Positions 26,372 to 33,574 are shown, numbered from the stretch's first letter. The stretch is 64,000 nucleotides of DNA from Desulfuromonadales bacterium (GCA_041677125.1 JBAYQP010000005.1:23007-87006), one strand, 5' to 3'. The notes: generated from the letters alone by a model not told the origin. Numbers and translations: made by a program.

Positions 26372-27975
26372 CGGAGGCGCTCCTTGATCTTTTCCATCTG
26401 CAGGGGGGCGATCAGGGCCGCCATATCGGCGATCCGCCCTCCCTGAAGGCGCAACTGATTGGCCCGGACGAGCAGGGCGGCGCCGAAAAGAATATTGTAG
26501 GCAATGGTGGCGACGCGGCGCTGGCCGACATCCTCGAGAAAGGAGCCGCGCACCCATTCGTTAAAGGCGCCCATGGCCGGACCGCACCAGATCTGATAAT
26601 CCATGCGCCGGTCCGCCTCCCCCCGGTTGGCCCAGACCGGCGACTGACCCAGGTACCAGCGGAAAACGAGCGCCATTTTATGTCTGGGATCGGCTTCGGC
26701 CCGGACGATCTGGCGGGGATCGCGCTGTTCGAAATAGCCGCGCGTCTCGGCCCAGACGGTTTCCAGCGGGCGCTGGAAGAAAGTCTTTTCCAGTTTCTGC
26801 CGTTCGGCCGCCGGCAATTGGTCAAGGCTGCCGTGCGCCCGGTACAATTCATAGAGTTTGCCCGCGCGCATGGAGAACATCGTACCACGCTTGAGCACCT
26901 GAACGTGCACGCCCATCTCGAACATGTCGCCCGAGGGCGCCATGGTGATGTCCGCCTGCCGGGTCTCGGCAAGCATCCGCCGCACTTCGTCGCAGGTGCC
27001 CGACTCGATACAGGCCTGGTTGACCGAACCGGTCACCAGATAATCGGCGCCCATGGCAAAAACCGCCGCCGCCGCCGCAGGCGTGGCGATTCCGCCGCCG
27101 AGGCCGATGCGCGGTTGCTGCTCGAAACGGTATTGCTCCTGCATCCGGTCGCGCAGCGTCTGAATCGTCGGCAGCAGCGCCAGAGCCGGCCGATTGTCGG
27201 TATGGCCGCCGCTGTCCGCCTCGGCGGTGATGTCCTGCGCCATCGGGATCAGCGCCGCCAGCTCCGCCTGTTGCACGGTGAGATCGCCGGCGGCGACCAA
27301 TTCGCGCAGCAGACGTTCCGGTGGCGGGGCGAGAAATTTGGCCGCCACCTCCTCGCGGGAGATCTTGGCGATCAGCCGGTTCGGGGCGACGATCCGCCCG
27401 GCGGCATCGCGGCCGATGCCGTGCGTGCGGTAGCGCACCACCGCCGGGGTCAGATCGAGAAAGGCCGAAGCTTCCACCAGCCGAACCTTGCGCCGCAGGT
27501 ACAGATCGACCAGGGCATTCTCCAGATCCGGCTCATTCGGGCTGTGAATCAGGTTGACCCCGAAAGGAAATCCGTCCCCGAGACGCTGCAATTGCTCGAC
27601 CGCCCCTTCCACTTCGCCGAGCGTCAAGCCAGCGGCGCCGAAACAGCCGAGCATCCCCTCCCGGCCGAGAGCCTCGACCATGGCGACAGAGCTGATCCCT
27701 TTGGCCATCGAACCGCCGACATAGGCGAAGCGCAGCCCGTGCTCGGCACAGAAAGCGGCATCCCCCAACCGTTGCAAGGGACAGGCGAGGATGGTTCCGG
27801 CATCCGGTCCGGGCTCCTGCCGAAAGACGGGTATTCCGTCCACCAGCGTGAAGTAGAGCGACTTTTCGATCCGGCGCAAAGCATCCAGCGCAGAAGAAAA
27901 GTCCCCCATTTTGTCAGGCGTGACGATCAAATGATTTTCCTTGCTTGGCGAATCGGCTGAATCTGCTGGCGCCAC
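26368..27975 (-). CDS. pfaD: PfaD-type trans-acting enoyl reductase (FMN-dependent, nitronate monooxygenase/2-nitropropane dioxygenase fold)
   Basis: 'FAYVGGSMAKGISSVAMVEALGREGMLGCFGAAGL', 'FGVNLIHSP', 'ITAEADSGGHTD' and the C-terminal 'YQIWCGPAMGAFNEW' are characteristic of PfaD. The start is uncertain: GTG27975 (3 nt after the ispH stop) or ATG27909. Confidence 0.85.
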   Translation of the reverse strand: MAPADSADSPSKENHLIVTPDKMGDFSSALDALRRIEKSLYFTLVDGIPVFRQEPGPDAGTILACPLQRLGDAAFCAEHGLRFAYVGGSMAKGISSVAMVEALGREGMLGCFGAAGLTLGEVEGAVEQLQRLGDGFPFGVNLIHSPNEPDLENALVDLYLRRKVRLVEASAFLDLTPAVVRYRTHGIGRDAAGRIVAPNRLIAKISREEVAAKFLAPPPERLLRELVAAGDLTVQQAELAALIPMAQDITAEADSGGHTDNRPALALLPTIQTLRDRMQEQYRFEQQPRIGLGGGIATPAAAAAVFAMGADYLVTGSVNQACIESGTCDEVRRMLAETRQADITMAPSGDMFEMGVHVQVLKRGTMFSMRAGKLYELYRAHGSLDQLPAAERQKLEKTFFQRPLETVWAETRGYFEQRDPRQIVRAEADPRHKMALVFRWYLGQSPVWANRGEADRRMDYQIWCGPAMGAFNEWVRGSFLEDVGQRRVATIAYNILFGAALLVRANQLRLQGGRIADMAALIAPLQMEKIKERLR

Positions 27976-27978
27976 GGG

Positions 27979-28830
27979 TCAAAGGGCGGCGAGAGCCCGC
28001 TGGATCTCGTCGATCACCTTCTGCGGGGTGGAGGCGCCGGCGGTGAGGCCGATCCTTGAATAATTCTTCAGCTCCGCCAGCGGCAGTTCGGATACCTTTT
28101 CCACATGCAACACCGGGGTTCCCTGGGCGGCGACCACCTGGGCCAGACGCTTGGTGTTGCTGCTTTCGTAACCGCCGGCCACGATAACGAAGTCGACCTC
28201 GCGGGCAATACGGATCGCTTCTTCCTGGCGCTGCTTGGTGGCGCTGCAGATCGTCTGCAAGACGACCAGGTTGAAATCGCCTCTTTCTTGCAGATCCCGG
28301 ACCAAATCCGAAAAAATTTCTTTATCCTGCGTGGTCTGGGCCGCCAGGCAATACTCCTGGCCCGGCTGGAGCGTCAGGGCGGCCAGCGCCTGCCGCGAAT
28401 TGAAAACGTACGTGGGGCCGCCGGCATAGCTCAACAGGGCCTTCACCTCCGGATGCGTTTCATCCCCGTACAACAAAAGCGTGCGCCCGCCGGCGGTATG
28501 CTTCTCGATGCGCAAACACGCATTGGTCACCTTGGGACAGGTGGCGTCGACAATGGTCACCCCCCGCCGGTGCAGATCCTCGCGCACATTCCGGGCGATG
28601 CCGTGGGCGCGGATGACCACGGTCGCCCCGGACGGCGCCTCGGCCGGAGAAGTCAGGGTGGTAACGCCCCGCCGGGCATATTCCTCGACAACCTGCGGGT
28701 TGTGAATGATCGAACCTAGAATATAGATCGATCCGGGCTCAGTCTCTCTGGCAATCAGATGTTCGAGTTTATAGAGGGCAAGATCGACGCCCATGCAGAA
28801 ACCGGCCTTTTTGGCCCGTACAATTTCCAT
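27979..28830 (-). CDS. ispH: 4-hydroxy-3-methylbut-2-enyl diphosphate reductase (IspH/LytB), cluster-associated second copy
   Basis: ATG28830 ('MEIVRAKKAGFCMGV'). All three cluster Cys are present ('GFCMGV', 'DATCPKV', 'TICSAT'), as are 'IIHN', 'AHG', 'THPEV', 'AQTT', 'SSNT' and 'GASTP'. A second ispH lies at 47625..48470. Confidence 0.85.
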   Translation of the reverse strand: MEIVRAKKAGFCMGVDLALYKLEHLIARETEPGSIYILGSIIHNPQVVEEYARRGVTTLTSPAEAPSGATVVIRAHGIARNVREDLHRRGVTIVDATCPKVTNACLRIEKHTAGGRTLLLYGDETHPEVKALLSYAGGPTYVFNSRQALAALTLQPGQEYCLAAQTTQDKEIFSDLVRDLQERGDFNLVVLQTICSATKQRQEEAIRIAREVDFVIVAGGYESSNTKRLAQVVAAQGTPVLHVEKVSELPLAELKNYSRIGLTAGASTPQKVIDEIQRALAAL

Positions 28831-28910
28831 CTTGTTTAGTTTCCCGGAACGCATCCCCGCCGACGCCCCCACCGGCGAAGCGGAAAGAAGCCTTCGATAA
28901 AATGGGGTGA

Positions 28911-28939
28911 ATTATAGGGATTAACCGGGAGTATGCCAA
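28911..28939 (-). promoter_or_regulatory. Sigma-70-type promoter reading into ispH-pfa-ole
   Basis: On the minus strand: TTGGCA (28939-28934), 17 nt, TATAAT (28916-28911). This is ~80 nt upstream of ATG28830, and the tRNA-Val terminator lies upstream of it. Confidence 0.55.
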
Positions 28940-28965
28940 GGTTTAATTTGTCGGTTTAATTTGTC
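28940..28965 (-). promoter_or_regulatory. Perfect tandem 13-bp direct repeat abutting the -35 element (candidate activator site)
   Basis: Minus strand reads GACAAATTAAACC GACAAATTAAACC, immediately followed by TTGGCA. It is an AT-rich island in GC-rich DNA. Confidence 0.5.
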
Positions 28966-29028
28966 GCGCCGCTCCCACCCGCACGTGAGCGGTGCGGGGC
29001 GGAGCAGATCGGCCGCGCTTGTTCCCGC

Positions 29029-29060
29029 AAAAAAGGCACCCAGGAGAAATCCTGAGTGCC
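29029..29060 (-). terminator. Rho-independent terminator downstream of tRNA-Val
   Basis: Minus strand: GGCACTCAGG-atttct-CCTGGGTGCC followed by TTTTTT. Confidence 0.8.
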
Positions 29061-29068
29061 TGAATATC

Positions 29069-29143
29069 TGGTGGGCGATGTTGGGATTGAACCAACGACC
29101 CCTCGCGTGTGAGGCGAGTGCTCTCCCGCTGAGCTAATCGCCC
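29069..29143 (-). tRNA. tRNA-Val (anticodon CAC), CCA encoded
   Basis: Reverse complement GGGCGATTAGCTCAGCGGGAGAGCACTCGCCTCACACGCGAGGGGTCGTTGGTTCAATCCCAACATCGCCCACCA folds as a 75-nt cloverleaf. Acceptor GGGCGAT/ATCGCCC; anticodon stem CTCGC/GCGAG with loop CT-CAC-AC; T arm GTTGG-TTCAATC-CCAAC. Confidence 0.95.
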
Positions 29144-29222
29144 GGGAATGTGAACAGGTTTGGATTTATAGCAACTCGGACTTGCGCTGTCAATGGAAAA
29201 ACCGGAAAAGCCGGCGGCAAGT

Positions 29223-30188
29223 TCAGCCGCAGGGGCCGTCCTTGTCGCGGACCACCATTTCCCGCAAAACATCCTCCACCGCCGTGTAGGGGTCGAGTTC
29301 GCGGCGGGCGATGGCCTGAATGGTTTGGCTGAGACGGTTGCCTTCGCTGATGCGTTCGTGGACCTGATGGAAAAGGCGCTCCTTGAGCAGTTCGGTGAAA
29401 CGCAGGGCGCTCTTGTTCTCTTCGAAACGCGTCAGCCGTCCGGAGCGGCAGAGATGCGCGCGGTGCGCCGCGATTTTTTCCATCAATTCGGCGATGCCGG
29501 CGTGCTTCTGCGCCACCGTCTTCACCACTGGCGGCCACCAGTCCCCTTCCTCCGGATGATTCATTTCGATCATCGTCCGCAGATCGCGGACCGCCCGATC
29601 GGCATCGGCGCGATCGGCCTTGTTGACCACGAAGACGTCGCCGATCTCGAGAATGCCCGCCTTGATCGCCTGGATATCGTCGCCCAGACCGGGGACGGTC
29701 ACCACCAGGGACGTATGGGCGGTGCGCACGATCTCCACTTCATCCTGCCCGACGCCGACCGTTTCGATGAGGATGACTTCCCAGCCCATGGCGTCGAAGA
29801 CAGTGGCGATATCGTTGGTCGAATGCGAGATGCCGCCAAGATGGCCGCGGGTGCCGAGAGAGCGGATGAACACCCCTTCGTCGCAGGCATGGCGGTTCAT
29901 GCGGATGCGGTCGCCGAGAATGGCGCCACCGGTGAAGGGACTGGTCGGATCGACGGCGATGACGGCGACGGTTTGGCCCTGCTGCCGGAAGCTCTCAATC
30001 AGTTTGTCGGTCAGGGTCGATTTGCCGGCCCCCGGCGGTCCGGTGATGCCGACAATATAAGCGCGGCCAGTATGCGGATAGAGCTTCTTCAACTCACCGA
30101 CGGCGCTCGGCATCCCATCATCAATGTCCCGCATCAAACGGGCCGCCGAGCGGATATCGCCCGCGAGTATTTTTTCCGCCAGCGACAT
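29223..30188 (-). CDS. meaB: Methylmalonyl-CoA mutase-associated G-protein chaperone (MeaB/ArgK family)
   Basis: P-loop 'GITGPPGAGKST', 'AVIAVDPTSPFTGGAILGDRIRM' and 'VVNKADR', typical of the MeaB/ArgK SIMIBI GTPases. Confidence 0.85.
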   Translation of the reverse strand: MSLAEKILAGDIRSAARLMRDIDDGMPSAVGELKKLYPHTGRAYIVGITGPPGAGKSTLTDKLIESFRQQGQTVAVIAVDPTSPFTGGAILGDRIRMNRHACDEGVFIRSLGTRGHLGGISHSTNDIATVFDAMGWEVILIETVGVGQDEVEIVRTAHTSLVVTVPGLGDDIQAIKAGILEIGDVFVVNKADRADADRAVRDLRTMIEMNHPEEGDWWPPVVKTVAQKHAGIAELMEKIAAHRAHLCRSGRLTRFEENKSALRFTELLKERLFHQVHERISEGNRLSQTIQAIARRELDPYTAVEDVLREMVVRDKDGPCG

Positions 30189-30192
30189 TTTT

Positions 30193-30600
30193 CTACGCCC
30201 GCGGGTGAATGTTGTCGCGCACCCATTGATTGATGGACTCGGTGCTCGCGCCGGGAGTGAAAATTTCCAGGACGCCGGCCTCTTTCAGCCCAGGGATATC
30301 GTCTTCGGGGATGATGCCGCCGCCGAATACGGGAACGTCCTGCGCCCCTTTTTCCTTCAGCAACTGCACGACCCGGGGGAACAGGGTATTGTGGGCGCCG
30401 GAGAGGATGGAAAGGGTCACCGCGTCCACGTCCTCCTGAATGGCGGTGTTGACGATCTGCTCCGGCGTCTGCCGCAGCCCGGTGTAGATCACCTCGAATC
30501 CGGCATCGCGAAAGGCGCGCGCCACAATTTTAGCGCCCCGGTCATGCCCGTCCAGGCCCGGTTTGGCTACCAGCAATCTAAGTTTTCTTGCCATGGTCAT
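30193..30600 (-). CDS. Cobalamin-binding small subunit/domain of methylmalonyl-CoA-mutase-type isomerase
   Basis: 135 aa. The B12-binding signature '[16 protein letters not shown]' (DxHxxG) and 'SILSGAH' (SxL...GG) are present. There is no TIM-barrel substrate domain in this ORF or elsewhere in the window. Confidence 0.85.
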   Translation of the reverse strand: MTMARKLRLLVAKPGLDGHDRGAKIVARAFRDAGFEVIYTGLRQTPEQIVNTAIQEDVDAVTLSILSGAHNTLFPRVVQLLKEKGAQDVPVFGGGIIPEDDIPGLKEAGVLEIFTPGASTESINQWVRDNIHPRA

Positions 30601-30684
30601 CTCCTTTGAATCATCGGAATGGAAATCGAATTAACAGGAGGCACAGGATGTTCAGGATAGGTAAGCCGTTTTATTTTGTTCGGA

Positions 30685-31227
30685 TCAGGATTCAATCCCC
30701 CTGCGCGCCGGTTGGCCGGCGTTGAAATAATGCTTGATATCGCGCATTTCGGTGACCAGATCGGCTAGTTCGATGATTTCCGGACGGGCGCCGCGACCGG
30801 TAAGGACGAGTTCGGTATGCGGCGCTTTGTTTCGGACCAGGTCCACGGCGTCGGCCAGCGCAATGAGACCAAGATCGACCGCGCCGTTGATTTCGTCGAG
30901 GATAACCAGATCATATTCGCCGCCGCCGACCAGTTGCCGGGCGCGGGTAAAGGCCGCCTGCGCCATTTGCGTATCGACGGGATCGATGTGGCCGGGGATG
31001 ACAAAGGTGTCGCGTCCGACCTGTTCGAGGGTCAGTTCCGGGGCCAGACGCCGGGAGGAAACGAGTTCGCTGTAATCTTGCCCCTTCAGGAACTGCATGA
31101 CATAAACGCGCATGCCGTGCCCGACGGCGCGCAGCGCCAGCCCGAGAGCGGCGGTGGTCTTCCCTTTGCCGTTGCCAGTATAAACCTGCACCAGCCCTTT
31201 GGTTAATTTTGCAGCCTGCGGTTCCAT
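30685..31227 (-). CDS. cobO: Cob(I)yrinic acid a,c-diamide / cob(I)alamin adenosyltransferase (CobO/BtuR type)
   Basis: 'GLVQVYTGNGKGKTTAALGLALRAVGHGMRVYVMQFLKG' and 'DLVILDE' are CobA/CobO/BtuR hallmarks. Confidence 0.85.
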   Translation of the reverse strand: MEPQAAKLTKGLVQVYTGNGKGKTTAALGLALRAVGHGMRVYVMQFLKGQDYSELVSSRRLAPELTLEQVGRDTFVIPGHIDPVDTQMAQAAFTRARQLVGGGEYDLVILDEINGAVDLGLIALADAVDLVRNKAPHTELVLTGRGARPEIIELADLVTEMRDIKHYFNAGQPARRGIES

Positions 31228-31360
31228 ACCGGGTCCTTCGCGGTTTGAATTTCGGTGCTGCCGATGGGGGGAAAGGGGCGATCGGCCGACGGATGCAAAA
31301 ACGGCAGTTGGAGAAACCGCCGTTATATTTAAGCGAAACTAAAAAGATTTAGCAGGGCGA

Positions 31361-31389
31361 AATATAACAACAGGCCCATGGCCTGTCAA
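31361..31389 (-). promoter_or_regulatory. Sigma-70-type promoter for cobO / B12-domain gene / meaB, with a palindrome in the spacer
   Basis: Minus strand: TTGACA (31389-31384), 17 nt, TATATT (31366-31361). The spacer contains the inverted repeat CAGGCC-cat-GGCCTG (31371-31385). Confidence 0.55.
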
Positions 31390-31450
31390 GAAAATCGGCC
31401 CTTTAAAACGGATTTTTGCCGATGCCGCAGAGGAAAGGGGACGGGGCAGG

Positions 31451-31939
31451 TTAAAGGTAGATGGCGAGAGCCCTCCGGTACCCCGCTTCCGTGACCATGG
31501 CTTTTTCGAGCACACTGCGGACCCTCTCCGGCGTCTTGCCGGGGAGGATCGCTTCCAGATTGACCAGCGCGTCGGCGTCCCAGAGGATGCGGAATTCGGG
31601 GGAATCGACGCCGGCGGGGGTGTGATGCGCGCCGATCAGGACGCAGACGGAATCGATGAACGCCGCCGGCGCCCCCAGCCCTTCGAGAATTTCCCGGGCG
31701 ACCGGCGGCCCTTCCTGCTCCTGGTGCGGCCCGGCGCAGGAGCCGTATTTGCGCTCCGCCTCCGGGATGCCGATATCGTGCAACCAGGCGGCCGCCATGG
31801 TCAGCGTCTCGTCGGCGTCGATAAAAGCCAGCAGATCCCGGGCGTGGCCGGCGACCCGATAGGCGTGCTCGATGCGCCGGGCATCGGCGCCGAAATAGAC
31901 CTCCATGGCCAGGCGGATTCGTTCCAGCAACTCGTTCAT
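31451..31939 (-). CDS. HD-domain metal-dependent phosphohydrolase
   Basis: ATG31939 ('MNELLERIR'). 'EHAYRVAGHA...AAWLHDIG' provides the H...HD motif. The track ORF's extension to 32242 runs antisense/out of frame through the upstream gene. Confidence 0.75.
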   Translation of the reverse strand: MNELLERIRLAMEVYFGADARRIEHAYRVAGHARDLLAFIDADETLTMAAAWLHDIGIPEAERKYGSCAGPHQEQEGPPVAREILEGLGAPAAFIDSVCVLIGAHHTPAGVDSPEFRILWDADALVNLEAILPGKTPERVRSVLEKAMVTEAGYRRALAIYL

Positions 31940-31958
31940 CGCAAAGCCCTCAGCCTTT

Positions 31959-32723
31959 CTATTTGACATCTCCCTGGATGCCGACCCGGACCAGTTCGAG
32001 AGGGACCTCCTTGCCGCTGGCGGCGAGGGCCTGTTTGGCGATCTGCACCAGCCCGGAGCAGCAGGGAACCTCCATGAAAACCACGGCCAGGGATTTGATC
32101 TCGTTCTGCGCCAGGATGGCGGTGAGTTTTTCCAGATAGGCGCGGCCGTCGTCGAGCTTCGGGCAACCGATGAGCAGCGCCTTGCCTTGCAGCAGATCGC
32201 GGTGGAAATCCGCATAAGCGAAGGCGGCGCAGTCGGCGGCAAGCAGCAGGTCGGCCTGCGTGAGGAAAGGGGCGCTCGGCGGCACCAGATGCATCTGCAC
32301 CGGCCACTGGCGCAGCTCAGAGGGACGCCGTTCCGTCTCCCCCGCCCCCGCGGTCGCCGCCGGGCGCTCCGTCGTCATCACCTGCGCCGACGGGCAGCCG
32401 CCGGCGGGAGCGAAGCTTTTCACCTGGGCCGAAGGGCAACCGCCGCCGTGGGCGGGCGCTGCCGGGTGCAGCGGCGTCTTATTTTCGGCGTGCAGATGCT
32501 TCTCCACCGCTTCTTCATCAAATCCGTCGGCATCGCGTTTTTCGATGAGAATGGCATCCTTCGGGCAGTGCCCAAGGCAGGCGCCGAGACCGTCGCAGAG
32601 ATTATCGGCGAGCAGTTTCGCCTTGCCGTTCACGATCTTGATCGCCCCCTCGGCGCAAGCCGGAACGCACAGACCGCAGCCGTCGCACTTTTCTTCATCA
32701 ATCGTCACAATTTCACGGATCAT
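31959..32723 (-). CDS. 4Fe-4S dicluster domain protein of unknown function
   Basis: N-terminal 'CDGCGLCVPACAEGAI...CDGLGACLGHCP' (2x[4Fe-4S]). Internal duplicated 'GGCPSAQV' motifs. C-terminal Cys pair 'MEVPCCSG'. Confidence 0.75.
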   Translation of the reverse strand: MIREIVTIDEEKCDGCGLCVPACAEGAIKIVNGKAKLLADNLCDGLGACLGHCPKDAILIEKRDADGFDEEAVEKHLHAENKTPLHPAAPAHGGGCPSAQVKSFAPAGGCPSAQVMTTERPAATAGAGETERRPSELRQWPVQMHLVPPSAPFLTQADLLLAADCAAFAYADFHRDLLQGKALLIGCPKLDDGRAYLEKLTAILAQNEIKSLAVVFMEVPCCSGLVQIAKQALAASGKEVPLELVRVGIQGDVK

Positions 32724-32814
32724 GATTTTCTCCTCAATTGAATGGTTTTCGTATGTCGGGATTAAACCTGGAATGTTTGGGGTTGCTTGCGCGGCGTCAA
32801 TCGGCGTTTTTCCC

Positions 32815-33201
32815 CTAGAAAAGATAATGCCAGAGAAGATCGAGCCGCCCCCGCAGCAGCAGGCGGCGGCCGGAAAAGCGCATGATTTCCTTCACCTTCT
32901 CCCGATGCCCCGGCCGATAGCAATGAACATGACAGTGCTTGCAGGTCGGCTTGGGATCAAGCGGGCATTTGCGGCGCCGGGCTATGGCGTAAGCCAGAAA
33001 CTCACGGCACTCGGTGCAGCAGCGGTACCGTTCCAGACCGATTGTCGCCAGATCGGCATTGGCAGGCAACGGTAATTTTTCCCCACTGTGGCGGGCCCGG
33101 CAGAAAACGGCGGTAAACCAGGCCAGAACCCGAAGGTCCTTGCTTTCTTTCCGGGTGAGGGGCGCGGGCGTCGTTGAAGTCATCTTTTCCATGCTTGGCA
33201 T
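32815..33201 (-). CDS. Nitrous-oxide-stimulated-promoter family protein (YgbA-like)
   Basis: 'CCTECREFLAYAIARRRKCPLDPKPTCKHCHVHCYRPGHREKVKEIMRFSGRRLL' matches the YgbA pattern (CP..KP.C..C.VHCY.P..RE..K.IMR). Confidence 0.75.
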   Translation of the reverse strand: MPSMEKMTSTTPAPLTRKESKDLRVLAWFTAVFCRARHSGEKLPLPANADLATIGLERYRCCTECREFLAYAIARRRKCPLDPKPTCKHCHVHCYRPGHREKVKEIMRFSGRRLLLRGRLDLLWHYLF

Positions 33202-33290
33202 CGTAATCGATATTCTCCCGGCAATCCTTGATTGAAGTCAATCCGTTAAAAACGGCGTTAAATTCCGATTTATGTCCGTTTTACGGATAC

Positions 33291-33318
33291 TTGCATCGTC
33301 TTCACAACTTGATATGAT
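33291..33318 (+). promoter_or_regulatory. Candidate promoter for csbD-like gene
   Basis: TTGCAT (33291-33296), 16 nt, TATGAT (33313-33318). It lies 34 nt upstream of ATG33352, whose RBS is AGGAGA. Confidence 0.45.
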
Positions 33319-33351
33319 TTTATTGGCACCTTTCCCAGAAAGGAGAAAACC

Positions 33352-33549
33352 ATGAACAAAGAAGAATTGAAAGGCAAATGGAACCAGCTCAAGGGTTCGA
33401 TCAAGTCGCGCTGGGGCAAGCTTTCCGACGACGATATCCAGAGGATCGAAGGGGAAAAGGATAAACTGGTCGGCAAGGTTCAGGAAAAATACGGCCGCAG
33501 CCGGGAAGAGGCGGAAAAGGAAGTCGATGATTTCACCACTCGACATTAA
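33352..33549 (+). CDS. CsbD-family general stress protein
   Basis: 'ELKGKWNQLKGSIKSRWGKLSDDDIQRIEGEKDKLVGKVQEKYG' is the CsbD signature. Confidence 0.85.
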   Translation: MNKEELKGKWNQLKGSIKSRWGKLSDDDIQRIEGEKDKLVGKVQEKYGRSREEAEKEVDDFTTRH

Positions 33550-33574
33550 GACTTATGCCGTTAACGCGCAATGG

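Noticed and set aside
19553-26446. Two very long + strand ORFs (1229 aa at 19553..23242 and 1037 aa at 23333..26446)
   Set aside because: They run exactly antisense to pfaA. The translations are low-complexity Gly/Arg/Ala/Gln strings with no recognisable motif, whereas the minus frame carries intact KS/AT/ACP/KR/DH motifs. These are typical shadow ORFs of GC-rich DNA.
7868-26557. N-terminal extensions in the ORF track for the PPTase (to 8170), oleC (to 10868), oleB (to 11812), oleA (to 12552) and pfaA (to 26557)
   Set aside because: The PPTase, oleC, oleB and pfaA extensions overlap the upstream gene in another frame, and the oleA extension runs into the pfaC-oleA gap. All are Arg/Pro-rich or atypical. 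Internal starts give family-typical N-termini and coupling overlaps (ATGA, GTGA, GTGGTAA, TTGA).
31228-31360. Cobalamin riboswitch in the cobO leader
   Set aside because: The ~125-nt leader is too short and lacks a B12-box-like core (no GCCACTG-type element). Only two small hairpins are present.
33321-33340. Sigma-54 promoter (TGGCAC) upstream of csbD
   Set aside because: The TGGCAC at 33324-33329 is not followed by a TTGC element at the required spacing. A sigma-70-like TTGCAT-16-TATGAT fits better.
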